Positions 9,818-17,334 of a DNA stretch of 20,000 nt are shown here, one piece after another. How positions within the stretch are numbered: position 1 is the first letter of the stretch; each line of letters begins with the position of its first letter. A program made the position numbers and the translations under genes. Under the pieces are notes generated by a model. That model searched no databases, had not been told where the DNA came from, and saw only the letters and a program-made list of their open reading frames with translations. The DNA lies in IMG/VR virus record IMGVR_UViG_3300008261_000400; one strand, 5' to 3'. Origin of the DNA: an uncultured virus (IMG/VR IMGVR_UViG_3300008261_000400). Its lineage: Duplodnaviria; Heunggongvirae; Uroviricota; Caudoviricetes.

Positions 9818-9997
9818 ATGACCGAAGAAAAATCACAAAATATTGACGAAATGATTGCTGAGATCACCAAACAAATCGAAGATCTCAGAGAAGAACTGAT
9901 TGAAACAGAAAGAACGTTCAATCTTAAAAAAGAACAGTTCATTAAACTTCAAGGAGCTCTAGAAGCTTTTGAAGTAGTAAAGACTAATAATCTTTGA
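9818..9997 (+). CDS. Small coiled-coil hypothetical protein
   Basis: MTEEKSQNIDEMIAEITKQIEDLREELIETE...KLQGALEAF shows a heptad pattern. The ATG at 9818 is in frame with the ORF-track call. Confidence 0.7.
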   Translation: MTEEKSQNIDEMIAEITKQIEDLREELIETERTFNLKKEQFIKLQGALEAFEVVKTNNL

Positions 9998-10011
9998 AAC
10001 TGCACAGAGTT

Positions 10012-10041
10012 ATTATAACCGCAATTGAAGGGGCTAGTCAA
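10012..10041 (-). promoter_or_regulatory. Leftward sigma70-type promoter TTGACT-N18-TATAAT
   Basis: On the + strand, agtcaa at 10036-10041 and attata at 10012-10017 with an 18-bp spacer. Confidence 0.5.
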
Positions 10042-10066
10042 CATTGACAATAGCCCCTTTTATTTT
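10028..10066 (+). terminator. Rho-independent terminator-like hairpin
   Basis: AAGGGGCTA (10028-10036) pairs with TAGCCCCTT (10051-10059), with an inner GTCA/TGAC pair, followed by TTATTTT. It sits just after the tail module. Confidence 0.65.
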
Positions 10067-10073
10067 GTATAAT
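10044..10073 (+). promoter_or_regulatory. Rightward sigma70-type (early) promoter TTGACA-N18-TATAAT
   Basis: Perfect -35 (10044-10049) and -10 (10068-10073) hexamers, 10 nt before the ATG at 10084. Confidence 0.75.
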
Positions 10074-10083
10074 TATTGGATTT

Positions 10084-10362
10084 ATGGACGAAAAAAAATT
10101 ACCAGAATTAATTGATGAAAATCAATATCCAGACTTTTGGGAACAAATAAAATCTTTTCAAGAGTTTGCTAAAGATGTGGGTCAAGGTGCTGCGTCTGGA
10201 AATGGATTTTTAGCGTCTAAAGAATTACAAGAAAAAAGAATTGAAATTTGTAATGAATGTCCAGATTACAACAAAGATCAAAAAAGATGTTACAAATGTG
10301 GATGTTTTATGGAACATAAGATAAAATTTGCAAATGTAAAATGTCCAGCATCTAAGTGGTAA
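10084..10362 (+). CDS. Small Cys-rich putative metal-binding protein (DUF6171-like)
   Basis: RIEICNECP...RCYKCGCFMEHKIKFANVKCPASKW pattern. Confidence 0.75.
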   Translation: MDEKKLPELIDENQYPDFWEQIKSFQEFAKDVGQGAASGNGFLASKELQEKRIEICNECPDYNKDQKRCYKCGCFMEHKIKFANVKCPASKW

Positions 10363-10363
10363 C

Positions 10364-11995
10364 ATGTGTGGTTTTGGTCTGGTATTATGTAAAAGAGATA
10401 AAATTGACTATGAGTTGATTCGTATTGCAGAAGATGATCTAGGTCTTCGTGGCCCATCTTCTGCGACTCACTATTTGAGTGAACAGGTTTATATGTATCA
10501 GTCAGTTCTTGCGATACAAACTGAACCTAAACATGAAAAGTCAATTGCAAATCTACCAATAAATTACAAAGTTACGTTGTATAACGGTGAGATTTATGAT
10601 GAGACAAAATACTCCAATGACACAGATTACATTAAAAAAGAAGAGTTAGAAAAAATTCTACTCAACTGCGACGGAATGTTTTCTGTTGCGAATGTGGAAA
10701 AACATGGATCGTATTTCAACGTTGATGTTTATAGAGATGTGATTGGTGAAAAGAGGTGTTTTTACTACGATTCTCCTAGACTGTTTATCATATCCTCAAC
10801 TCCATCTTTTATTAAGGATGTGTTGGAAAAATATGGAGTTCCAATTAGAGTTAATAAAGTTGCTTTAAAAGATTACTTTTTAACAAGACATTACATCTCA
10901 AATTCCACTTCAATTGAAGGAATTTATCAAGTACCGCCAGGCCATAAATTAACTTACAATAAACATTTAACTGTAGAAAGAGTTTGGTCTGGAAGAGATT
11001 ATTTAAACACCGATCTAATATTTGAACTCAAGAATAAAAGTCAGCATGATTACACATTACAGGTAAATGAGTTATTGTTAAAAACTTTGCAAAAGATGCA
11101 AAAGTCTGTCCTTCCACATGTAAAGGTGTATTCAGTAGTTTCTGGTGGTGTCGATTCTTCTATTGTTACTCATTTTTTAGAACAGGCTGGAGTGAATGTT
11201 GAACGTGCAATTACTCTGACATTTAACCAAAAGGATCCTGTAGCTTTATCATCAAATAGACTATTCAAGAATCTTTCGTCTTTACAACTACAGAGAAACA
11301 TTGATATTGATGAGTATTATGAATCTTACTTGGAATGTTTAAAGTTATGTTGTTCTCCGATTCCATCCCATGATTTCGCTTCTGCAAATATCATGTTTAG
11401 TATGGTCGAACCTGGATCAATACTTTATGGAGGAGAAGGTGCGGATGAATTGTTTTTGGGATACAAATATTACGAAAGTTCAAATAAATCCCAATATACA
11501 CTACCGATCAGAAATAATTTTATTCTCTCATTTGAGAAAGAAATTGAAGAGGATTTTAATTATGTGAAAGACTTTTTTAGAAATCATGGATTTTCAGAAA
11601 GAGATTCTTCTATCAAAGCCTGTTCTTATGTGGATTTTTTTCATCAAATGCCTAATGCAACATTAATGTCAACAGATCTTATTGGATCAAGTCATGGTAT
11701 TGAGTGTAGGACTCCCTTTACTCGTAAAGATATAGTAACTTTTGCTTTAAATTCTCCAGTTTCTTTACTTCTTGGTAAATCATCTTTAGTTAAACTATTT
11801 GAAACTTGCTTTAACACAGTTCCGTTTGAAAAACGAGGTTTCTGTGGACATCCTAACGAGATGTTAAGGTACTTGCCTAACGGGCTCTGCAAGTCTTATA
11901 GTACTTTTGGTACGGATAGGTTTGAATCCTCTGACAGAGATATTGCATGGAAGTATATCAATACTGAATTTTTCTTAAATAATGTAGCTGGATAA
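10364..11995 (+). CDS. Asparagine synthetase B-like glutamine amidotransferase
   Basis: N-terminal MCG (Ntn nucleophile Cys), YNGEIY, RDVIGEKRCFYY, SGGVDSS PP-loop, GEGADELFLGY and GIECRTPF motifs. Confidence 0.9.
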   Translation: MCGFGLVLCKRDKIDYELIRIAEDDLGLRGPSSATHYLSEQVYMYQSVLAIQTEPKHEKSIANLPINYKVTLYNGEIYDETKYSNDTDYIKKEELEKILLNCDGMFSVANVEKHGSYFNVDVYRDVIGEKRCFYYDSPRLFIISSTPSFIKDVLEKYGVPIRVNKVALKDYFLTRHYISNSTSIEGIYQVPPGHKLTYNKHLTVERVWSGRDYLNTDLIFELKNKSQHDYTLQVNELLLKTLQKMQKSVLPHVKVYSVVSGGVDSSIVTHFLEQAGVNVERAITLTFNQKDPVALSSNRLFKNLSSLQLQRNIDIDEYYESYLECLKLCCSPIPSHDFASANIMFSMVEPGSILYGGEGADELFLGYKYYESSNKSQYTLPIRNNFILSFEKEIEEDFNYVKDFFRNHGFSERDSSIKACSYVDFFHQMPNATLMSTDLIGSSHGIECRTPFTRKDIVTFALNSPVSLLLGKSSLVKLFETCFNTVPFEKRGFCGHPNEMLRYLPNGLCKSYSTFGTDRFESSDRDIAWKYINTEFFLNNVAG

Positions 11996-12000
11996 GTAAC

Positions 12001-12402
12001 ATGGGGATGTTTGACTATTTCAGATCATCATACGATCTTGGTAAAGAATTTACGAATGTAGTATGTCAAACCAAGGATATTGAAGATGGTTATGGTGGCA
12101 CAATGACCGATTACTGGTTAGATCCCTCGGGAAAGTTGTGGTATCCAAGTTATAGTGGTTGTTATACGATGGAAATCTTTGAAGAAGATCATCCAAAGTA
12201 TGATCCAAAACGTAAATGGATGAACTTTGAATGGGTTCGCACTGGCAGTCGTGGTAAAGTAATTCTGTGTTATATTACCAAATATATTGAAGTGTATCCA
12301 GAAAATTGGAAAGGTGAGTGGGAAGACTGGCCAAGAATGAGATTACACTTTAAGTATGGAATCATACAAGATTTCGAAAATGTCACAGGGAAATACAAAT
12401 GA
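12001..12402 (+). CDS. Hypothetical phage protein (MGMFD...QTKD family)
   Basis: 133-aa ORF with MGMFDY and CQTKD motifs commonly seen in phage hypotheticals; ATGA overlap with the next gene. Confidence 0.8.
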   Translation: MGMFDYFRSSYDLGKEFTNVVCQTKDIEDGYGGTMTDYWLDPSGKLWYPSYSGCYTMEIFEEDHPKYDPKRKWMNFEWVRTGSRGKVILCYITKYIEVYPENWKGEWEDWPRMRLHFKYGIIQDFENVTGKYK

Positions 12403-12779
12403 AATACCTACTTTTCTTACTACTACTTACTCCAACGCAAGTGTATTCACAACAAGTAAACGATTATCAAACTTGTACAAAGTATCGTGAAGTTTACACT
12501 CCTGGTTACTATGATAGATATGGTAATTATGTACAAGGAAATGTTTCTACTCAGTCATACCAAGTCCCTTGCGGAAATGGACCCGTCAATTATCAGCCAC
12601 GTAGAGTTGATAATTATGGGAACAATTATTATCGCCGCGGTTACTGTAATCCTACTCAGGCGACCCTAGGCGCACTTCTAGGGGGTGGTGTGGGTGCTGC
12701 ACTATCTAGAGGTGATGGACGTTGGTGGGCGATCCCTGTAGGCGCTGCCGTAGGTGGTACAATTTTTGGATGTAACTAA
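12399..12779 (+). CDS. Secreted/membrane protein with glycine-zipper 2TM C-terminus
   Basis: Signal peptide MKYLLFLLLLTPTQVYS; C-terminal LGALLGGGVGAALSRGDGRWWAIPVGAAVGG. Confidence 0.75.
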   Translation: MKYLLFLLLLTPTQVYSQQVNDYQTCTKYREVYTPGYYDRYGNYVQGNVSTQSYQVPCGNGPVNYQPRRVDNYGNNYYRRGYCNPTQATLGALLGGGVGAALSRGDGRWWAIPVGAAVGGTIFGCN

Positions 12780-12781
12780 AA

Positions 12782-13054
12782 ATGAATTTAATTAATTTTA
12801 AACACCGTGAAGACTTTGGACACGAATGGTATGTTCAGGTTCTAAATGCAAAAGGTTGGAGTTTGCTTCAAGCATCTGTAAGTTGGAATGATTATCCTGG
12901 ATGGCCTTACATCAAGATTAGTTCTGGAACTGGTTCTACTTTGAGTATTATGTTCTGGGCATATAAGTTTGGTTTTGATATTGGTATTATTGAACGCACT
13001 TGGAAGTGGGATTACTTAGAGGAACTAGATGAAAACGAAACTGAACTGGATTGA
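12782..13054 (+). CDS. Hypothetical protein (Trp/aromatic-rich)
   Basis: 90-aa ORF tightly packed in the operon. Confidence 0.75.
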   Translation: MNLINFKHREDFGHEWYVQVLNAKGWSLLQASVSWNDYPGWPYIKISSGTGSTLSIMFWAYKFGFDIGIIERTWKWDYLEELDENETELD

Positions 13055-13367
13055 GTATTATTTCGGTCACTGCTTCCAGACTGGTTGGAGGGAGATGTGG
13101 AACAACTTCAAGATGTGGAGAGACCTCATTAGTGGAAATTATAAAGACTATGCCCTACTTTCAACTGATGACCCTTATGAAGAATGTTATCAATGGTTCT
13201 GGTGTAGTATCAATATGGATGAAACTTATCCCAAAGAGTTTTTAGAATACTTGATGGAAATGTGTGATCGTATTGATCGTGGAGAAGAGAAATTGATTCC
13301 GTTGACTGAAGATTTTATGGATGATTTGAAAAAAATGTTAGAAGAATCTAATGAAGAGGACACTTGA
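13029..13367 (+). CDS. Hypothetical protein
   Basis: 112-aa ORF whose stop lies inside repeat element copy 1. Confidence 0.75.
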   Translation: MKTKLNWIEYYFGHCFQTGWREMWNNFKMWRDLISGNYKDYALLSTDDPYEECYQWFWCSINMDETYPKEFLEYLMEMCDRIDRGEEKLIPLTEDFMDDLKKMLEESNEEDT

Positions 13368-13414
13368 GGAACTGTCCATCGACCCTTGACTTTTACAACC
13401 AGAATCTTTATAGT
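13358..13414 (+). promoter_or_regulatory. Repeated element copy 1: imperfect palindrome plus TTGACT-N17-TATAGT promoter
   Basis: GGACACTT-GAGG-AACTGTCC at 13358-13377; -35 at 13386-13391; -10 at 13409-13414; ATG at 13437. Confidence 0.8.
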
Positions 13415-13436
13415 ATGAATATACAAATCTAGATCA

Positions 13437-13994
13437 ATGACTTACAAAGCAACACTGAAAGTTCACTTTGATACTGAATGGACTCCTAGTTATGGTGGGT
13501 CTGGAATCTATGATGATGAAACTCTTCCAGAGGAACATTATACCTTTGAGATTCCTTGTCATGACATCAATACCATTCAACTGTTCCGTTTCTTTGGAAA
13601 TATTGCCCGAACAATGGGGCACTGTGAACAAGGTATTATGAAAGGAGCTTGTTCACTTGCATTTAATGATATGCGTGGTGAAGAAGAAATGCGTAAGGTT
13701 GCTGAAGAGTTTGATATGAAACTTGCAGAAGATTATGCAAAAGAGTTTCGTAAGTTGGAAGATGAAATTTATGATCTGAAAGCTAAACTTTCTCGTCTCG
13801 AACAACCTGAGAATTCTCAATATACTGATGAAGAAATGGCAGCCATTACTCATCAGGAATGGAAAGGTCTTGTTCCTGGTAGCAATTCTGCTGTGATGAA
13901 GGGATGTAAGTGTCCTGTAATGGATAACGAAGAGATGCCTGAAGATCGTAAATGGGTAAATGGCGACTGCCCTCTACATGGTAAACAAAAATGA
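13437..13994 (+). CDS. Hypothetical protein with C-terminal Cys/His (PGS...GCKCPVMDN...CPLHG) module
   Basis: 185-aa ORF directly downstream of the promoter; central coiled coil and putative Zn-binding tail. Confidence 0.8.
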   Translation: MTYKATLKVHFDTEWTPSYGGSGIYDDETLPEEHYTFEIPCHDINTIQLFRFFGNIARTMGHCEQGIMKGACSLAFNDMRGEEEMRKVAEEFDMKLAEDYAKEFRKLEDEIYDLKAKLSRLEQPENSQYTDEEMAAITHQEWKGLVPGSNSAVMKGCKCPVMDNEEMPEDRKWVNGDCPLHGKQK

Positions 13995-14176
13995 AACCTA
14001 ACTTTCGTAAAGTCCTTAGTATGGCCCTTGAAGAAGGTGTCAGGTATGGATACAATCGTGCCCACAAACATGTAGAGAATCCACACGAAGATGCAGTGGT
14101 TGATCTAGTGGTTGAGGGTGCAATGAACTCTATCTACGAATGGTTTGAATTTGAGGAGAATCATGTCTCTGATTGA
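13991..14176 (+). CDS. Hypothetical protein
   Basis: 61 aa; ATGA overlap with the upstream stop. Confidence 0.75.
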   Translation: MKPNFRKVLSMALEEGVRYGYNRAHKHVENPHEDAVVDLVVEGAMNSIYEWFEFEENHVSD

Positions 14177-14510
14177 CACAATTAATCATTTCATTCAAGA
14201 CCAAGAAGGACATCTTCAGTGTCTTGAATGGGATATTCGTGAAGAAACTAATCAAGAAGAACCACAACTTGATTGGTATTGTGAAGAGTATGACCTGTGT
14301 AAAGAACGCATAGAACATCTACAACAAATCAAATCTGAACTTGCTCGTCTTCAACGCTATGATGATGAACTTTCATCTGTAATGCCTGAGGACTACAAAG
14401 ATTGGTGGCAGAACTCTAAGGAAGAGTGGCCTGAGGTTGCTAAAGGTTCTATTGAGAATCTACGTGAACGTGAAGAACTTGCTTGGAAACAACTGGAGGC
14501 ACAACAATGA
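14163..14510 (+). CDS. Hypothetical protein; N-terminal half paralogous to 18957-19151
   Basis: ATG at 14163 after GAGGAG; LEWDIREETN vs LSWEIREETN. Confidence 0.75.
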   Translation: MSLIDTINHFIQDQEGHLQCLEWDIREETNQEEPQLDWYCEEYDLCKERIEHLQQIKSELARLQRYDDELSSVMPEDYKDWWQNSKEEWPEVAKGSIENLREREELAWKQLEAQQ

Positions 14511-14857
14511 GCGGCGGACACTTTAATGATTGTGGTTACGATTACTACAAGGTAGCACAGTTTGCTGATGAGTTGGAAGTAGAAATCCAAAACAACAACA
14601 AAAAACTGGATGAATATGAGTATGCTCCCAATTTTTCACCAGAAACTATCAAGTATTTGAGGAAGCAACTTCGTCAGATGCGTAAGGTAGCAGAGATCAT
14701 GAGGCATATTGATTATCTGTATTCTGGTGATCATGGTGAAGATAGTTTTATGCATCGTGTAAAAGAAGTAGAGAAACACTGGGAGGAGATTGAAGAGATA
14801 GTTACACGCATGGATAATCATCCAGATGGATGGAATGAAACTGGAGACGGTGTGTGA
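14507..14857 (+). CDS. Hypothetical protein (MSGGHF...DYLYSGDHGEDSF family)
   Basis: ATGA-coupled start at 14507 after GGAGG. Confidence 0.8.
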   Translation: MSGGHFNDCGYDYYKVAQFADELEVEIQNNNKKLDEYEYAPNFSPETIKYLRKQLRQMRKVAEIMRHIDYLYSGDHGEDSFMHRVKEVEKHWEEIEEIVTRMDNHPDGWNETGDGV

Positions 14858-14976
14858 AACTTCCATATGTGCTAAAATCGTGGTATTATCACATCACAGG
14901 ATACTGGGAGAAGAAACTACCACATCTGCCTGGTGCTAATTCTAAACAATTTTGGAACATTATTAACGGTAATTGA
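14854..14976 (+). CDS. Small hypothetical protein (40 aa, not in ORF track)
   Basis: GTGA-coupled start after GGAG; MKLPYVLKSWYYHITGYWEKKLPHLPGANSKQFWNIINGN exactly fills the gap. Confidence 0.55.
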   Translation: MKLPYVLKSWYYHITGYWEKKLPHLPGANSKQFWNIINGN

Positions 14977-14978
14977 TT

Positions 14979-15164
14979 ATGGTTGAGAAAGTAAAGTTTG
15001 TAACGGTCACTCGTGTGATTGATGACCGCAAAGGTATTCATTACCTGGATGCTATTGATGAGAATGGTATCCACTGGACTGCTGAATTGGATAACAAACA
15101 AGAGAAATGGTTAGTATATACTAAACTATGGACTAGAGATCCTCAACATCCTTACGATTTATGA
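14979..15164 (+). CDS. Hypothetical protein
   Basis: MVEKVKFVTVTRVIDDRKGIHYLDAIDENG...; ATGA overlap with the next gene. Confidence 0.7.
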   Translation: MVEKVKFVTVTRVIDDRKGIHYLDAIDENGIHWTAELDNKQEKWLVYTKLWTRDPQHPYDL

Positions 15165-15379
15165 AAAACTATCGTATCAAAAAAGTAACAGACGGACACT
15201 CAACCAGATATTATCCACAACACAAAAGATATGGATTGTTTTGGTATAATCTATTTGTAGATGAATATAGGGATGGTGATTATTCTACATTTGAAGAAGC
15301 ACAGTGGCACCTTTGCAACTATTTGAGAGAACCTGTGATAGAATATTTGTCCTTTGATTGTGATTGTGGAGAAAACTAA
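15161..15379 (+). CDS. Hypothetical protein (YRI...EEAQ family)
   Basis: 72 aa, coupled at both ends. Confidence 0.7.
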   Translation: MKNYRIKKVTDGHSTRYYPQHKRYGLFWYNLFVDEYRDGDYSTFEEAQWHLCNYLREPVIEYLSFDCDCGEN

Positions 15380-15480
15380 TGACTGAATGTGTGTCTGACC
15401 CAAAAACTTGGATTGATGTGGCTCAACTAGCAGTTTTTATGGTTCCTGTCTCCATTTTTCTTTGGAGAGTATCACAATAA
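15379..15480 (+). CDS. Small putative membrane peptide (33 aa, not in ORF track)
   Basis: TAATG coupling at both ends and a GGAG SD; MTECVSDPKTWIDVAQLAVFMVPVSIFLWRVSQ. Confidence 0.55.
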   Translation: MTECVSDPKTWIDVAQLAVFMVPVSIFLWRVSQ

Positions 15481-15698
15481 TGACCGACCTAAAACTCTGT
15501 AAGGATTGTAAGCACTACAAGAAAGATTGGTTTGAGCATCTTACTGGTGGTGGAGACCGATTTGATATGTGCCTCAATCCAGTAGTGAGTGGCAATCTGG
15601 TGACTGGAAAAGTCAAAGGTGGTCGTTTTTGTGATATGATGAGATTGCCTTATGGTAGATGTGGTAATGAAGGTAAGTATTGGGAGGCACGGAAATAA
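15480..15698 (+). CDS. Small Cys-rich protein (CKDCKHY...C...C...CG)
   Basis: TAATG-coupled start; putative metal-binding Cys pattern. Confidence 0.75.
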   Translation: MTDLKLCKDCKHYKKDWFEHLTGGGDRFDMCLNPVVSGNLVTGKVKGGRFCDMMRLPYGRCGNEGKYWEARK

Positions 15699-15901
15699 TG
15701 AAAGTTTATGATTACCGAATTGTAGAAGACCTCAATTTAAAAACTTTGAAACCTTATTTTTTCATTCAGTATTATCATCTTGCTGAAAAAAAATATATTC
15801 TTCACTCAGATGCTACATTCCAAACACTTCAAGAAGCACAAGAAGCAATACGACTACTGAGAAAATACAACGAACCTGTGTATCATTATGTTGAGGATTG
15901 A
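15698..15901 (+). CDS. Hypothetical protein (YRI...QEAQ family)
   Basis: TAATG-coupled start at 15698 after GGAGG. Confidence 0.7.
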   Translation: MKVYDYRIVEDLNLKTLKPYFFIQYYHLAEKKYILHSDATFQTLQEAQEAIRLLRKYNEPVYHYVED

Positions 15902-15902
15902 A

Positions 15903-16076
15903 ATGATTGAAACTAAACCAATTACGAACAGAAGACCAACAAAAGAAGATGCTAATGGATTTGGGTTAGTTCAGTATTATCGTAATGATTTTGGTGTATG
16001 GGGATATGATTACTGGTATAATGTAAGAACCGATGGTTGGGCACACACATCAAATTGGAGACCTCAAAATGATTGA
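15903..16076 (+). CDS. Hypothetical protein
   Basis: ATG at 15903 after GAGG; RRPTKEDAN.FG.V motif. Confidence 0.65.
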   Translation: MIETKPITNRRPTKEDANGFGLVQYYRNDFGVWGYDYWYNVRTDGWAHTSNWRPQND

Positions 16077-16239
16077 AATTACCAAAAACTACAAACTCAC
16101 ACTCACAGAAGACCAAGCACGACAACTCCATTCTATGCTAAAAGCTAATAAGGAACTATTGGATATTGGGTCTGGGTATGACGAACTGCGACCACTTTAT
16201 CGGGAACTAAAAGAACTCTTTGATAATGGGATACGATGA
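16069..16239 (+). CDS. Hypothetical protein
   Basis: ATG at 16069 after GGAG; MIEITKNYKLTLTEDQARQLH... Confidence 0.7.
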   Translation: MIEITKNYKLTLTEDQARQLHSMLKANKELLDIGSGYDELRPLYRELKELFDNGIR

Positions 16240-16412
16240 TTGAACCAACAGATACAGAAATCCTTGAGTTTCTACTCAATCAGTTCAAACCACATTCTCT
16301 TAAAATGAATGGTGAGAGTGATTGGGTGTTTATTAATAGTGGATTTCCTATGAATAGAGCAAAAGGTAAAAGTGCCCGTGATGCTGTGATTGCTGCTATG
16401 GAGGCAAAATGA
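16236..16412 (+). CDS. Hypothetical protein (58 aa, not in ORF track)
   Basis: ATGA coupling at both ends; MIEPTDTEILEFLLNQF...SARDAVIAAMEAK. Confidence 0.7.
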   Translation: MIEPTDTEILEFLLNQFKPHSLKMNGESDWVFINSGFPMNRAKGKSARDAVIAAMEAK

Positions 16413-16996
16413 CTGAAAGACTAAATCATAATCTTAATGTAGATACAATCAAAACAATTAAAGATGTGAAGAATATCTTTGATACTATGGAATTGGTTGC
16501 TTCTATGGATAAAGATAATCCAAAATATGAAGTCGCAAAGGAATACTTTACAATTCCTTATGTTCCACCTGAACTTAAATTACCAACACCACGCAAGAGT
16601 ATTGAAGAAATCTCACAAGAACTTGATGAGAAGATTGATGCTCTTATAAAGACAACAAAAGAAAAGTTTGAGTGTTCTAACTATTTTGCTGGAAAAAGAT
16701 ATAACGAAAAGTTTGATAGGATTATTCAGGACTTTGAGTATGCGAAGGAACACGGAAGCTTTCCACAAAAACTTACTCTTGGTTACTCCAAGTTTGATTA
16801 CTCCAATTTTGTTGTGACTGGTAGTTCTGTGGAATCCTCTTTTGTAATCAAACAGGGGAAAACCCACGAAGGTTATTATACGAATGGAAACCGTAGATAT
16901 TTGAAGTATTATATGCCTGATAAACCGAATATGATTGTTCGTTTCTTTATGAAAACTTGTTTGGGCTTTGTGTGGGTTGATGAGAAGGACACTTGA
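16409..16996 (+). CDS. Hypothetical protein
   Basis: 195 aa; its stop lies inside repeat element copy 2. Confidence 0.8.
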   Translation: MTERLNHNLNVDTIKTIKDVKNIFDTMELVASMDKDNPKYEVAKEYFTIPYVPPELKLPTPRKSIEEISQELDEKIDALIKTTKEKFECSNYFAGKRYNEKFDRIIQDFEYAKEHGSFPQKLTLGYSKFDYSNFVVTGSSVESSFVIKQGKTHEGYYTNGNRRYLKYYMPDKPNMIVRFFMKTCLGFVWVDEKDT

Positions 16997-17052
16997 AGAA
17001 CTGGCACAGGGAGACCCCACAAGGTCTCCTATTGGTCTATAATACTCTCATA
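16987..17052 (+). promoter_or_regulatory. Repeated element copy 2: palindrome + hairpin + TATAAT
   Basis: GGACACTTGAAGAACTGGCAC at 16987-17007; stem GGAGACC (17010-17016)/GGTCTCC (17023-17029); TATAATACTCTCATA from 17038. Confidence 0.75.
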
Positions 17053-17065
17053 AGCAACCAAACCG

Positions 17066-17334
17066 ATGATTGACCTCTCTCAACTGAATGTAGAACAACT
17101 CAAAGAACTTGAACTTCAAATTCAGAAACATAAGGAACAACAGAAGACAAAAAGCATAAGGATCACGATATGCTTACAAATAAAGGGAAACTTGACCCGA
17201 ACATTTTTGCTGATTATCTGTGTGATAATCTTGTTACAGACCTGATTAGGGATTTTGAATTGTATGGTTATGAGGATGTGAGTTATCCTAATGTGGAAGT
17301 AGCAACAAAACAAGAAATTGAAGAGAAGTTTTGA
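17066..17334 (+). pseudogene. Probable single gene split by a frameshift (17066-17245 frame 0; 17134-17334 frame -1)
   Basis: MIDLSQLNVEQLKELELQIQKHKEQQK is followed by atypical sequence in frame 0, while the -1 frame gives protein-like KHKDHDMLTNKGKLDPNIFADYLCD...EIEEKF* ending exactly at element copy 3. Confidence 0.5.

Noticed and set aside
10084..11995. Lasso-peptide (RiPP) cluster interpretation of the AsnB-like gene
   Set aside because: No leader peptidase/RRE gene or lasso-like precursor is visible, and the Ntn Cys is intact, as in glutamine amidotransferases
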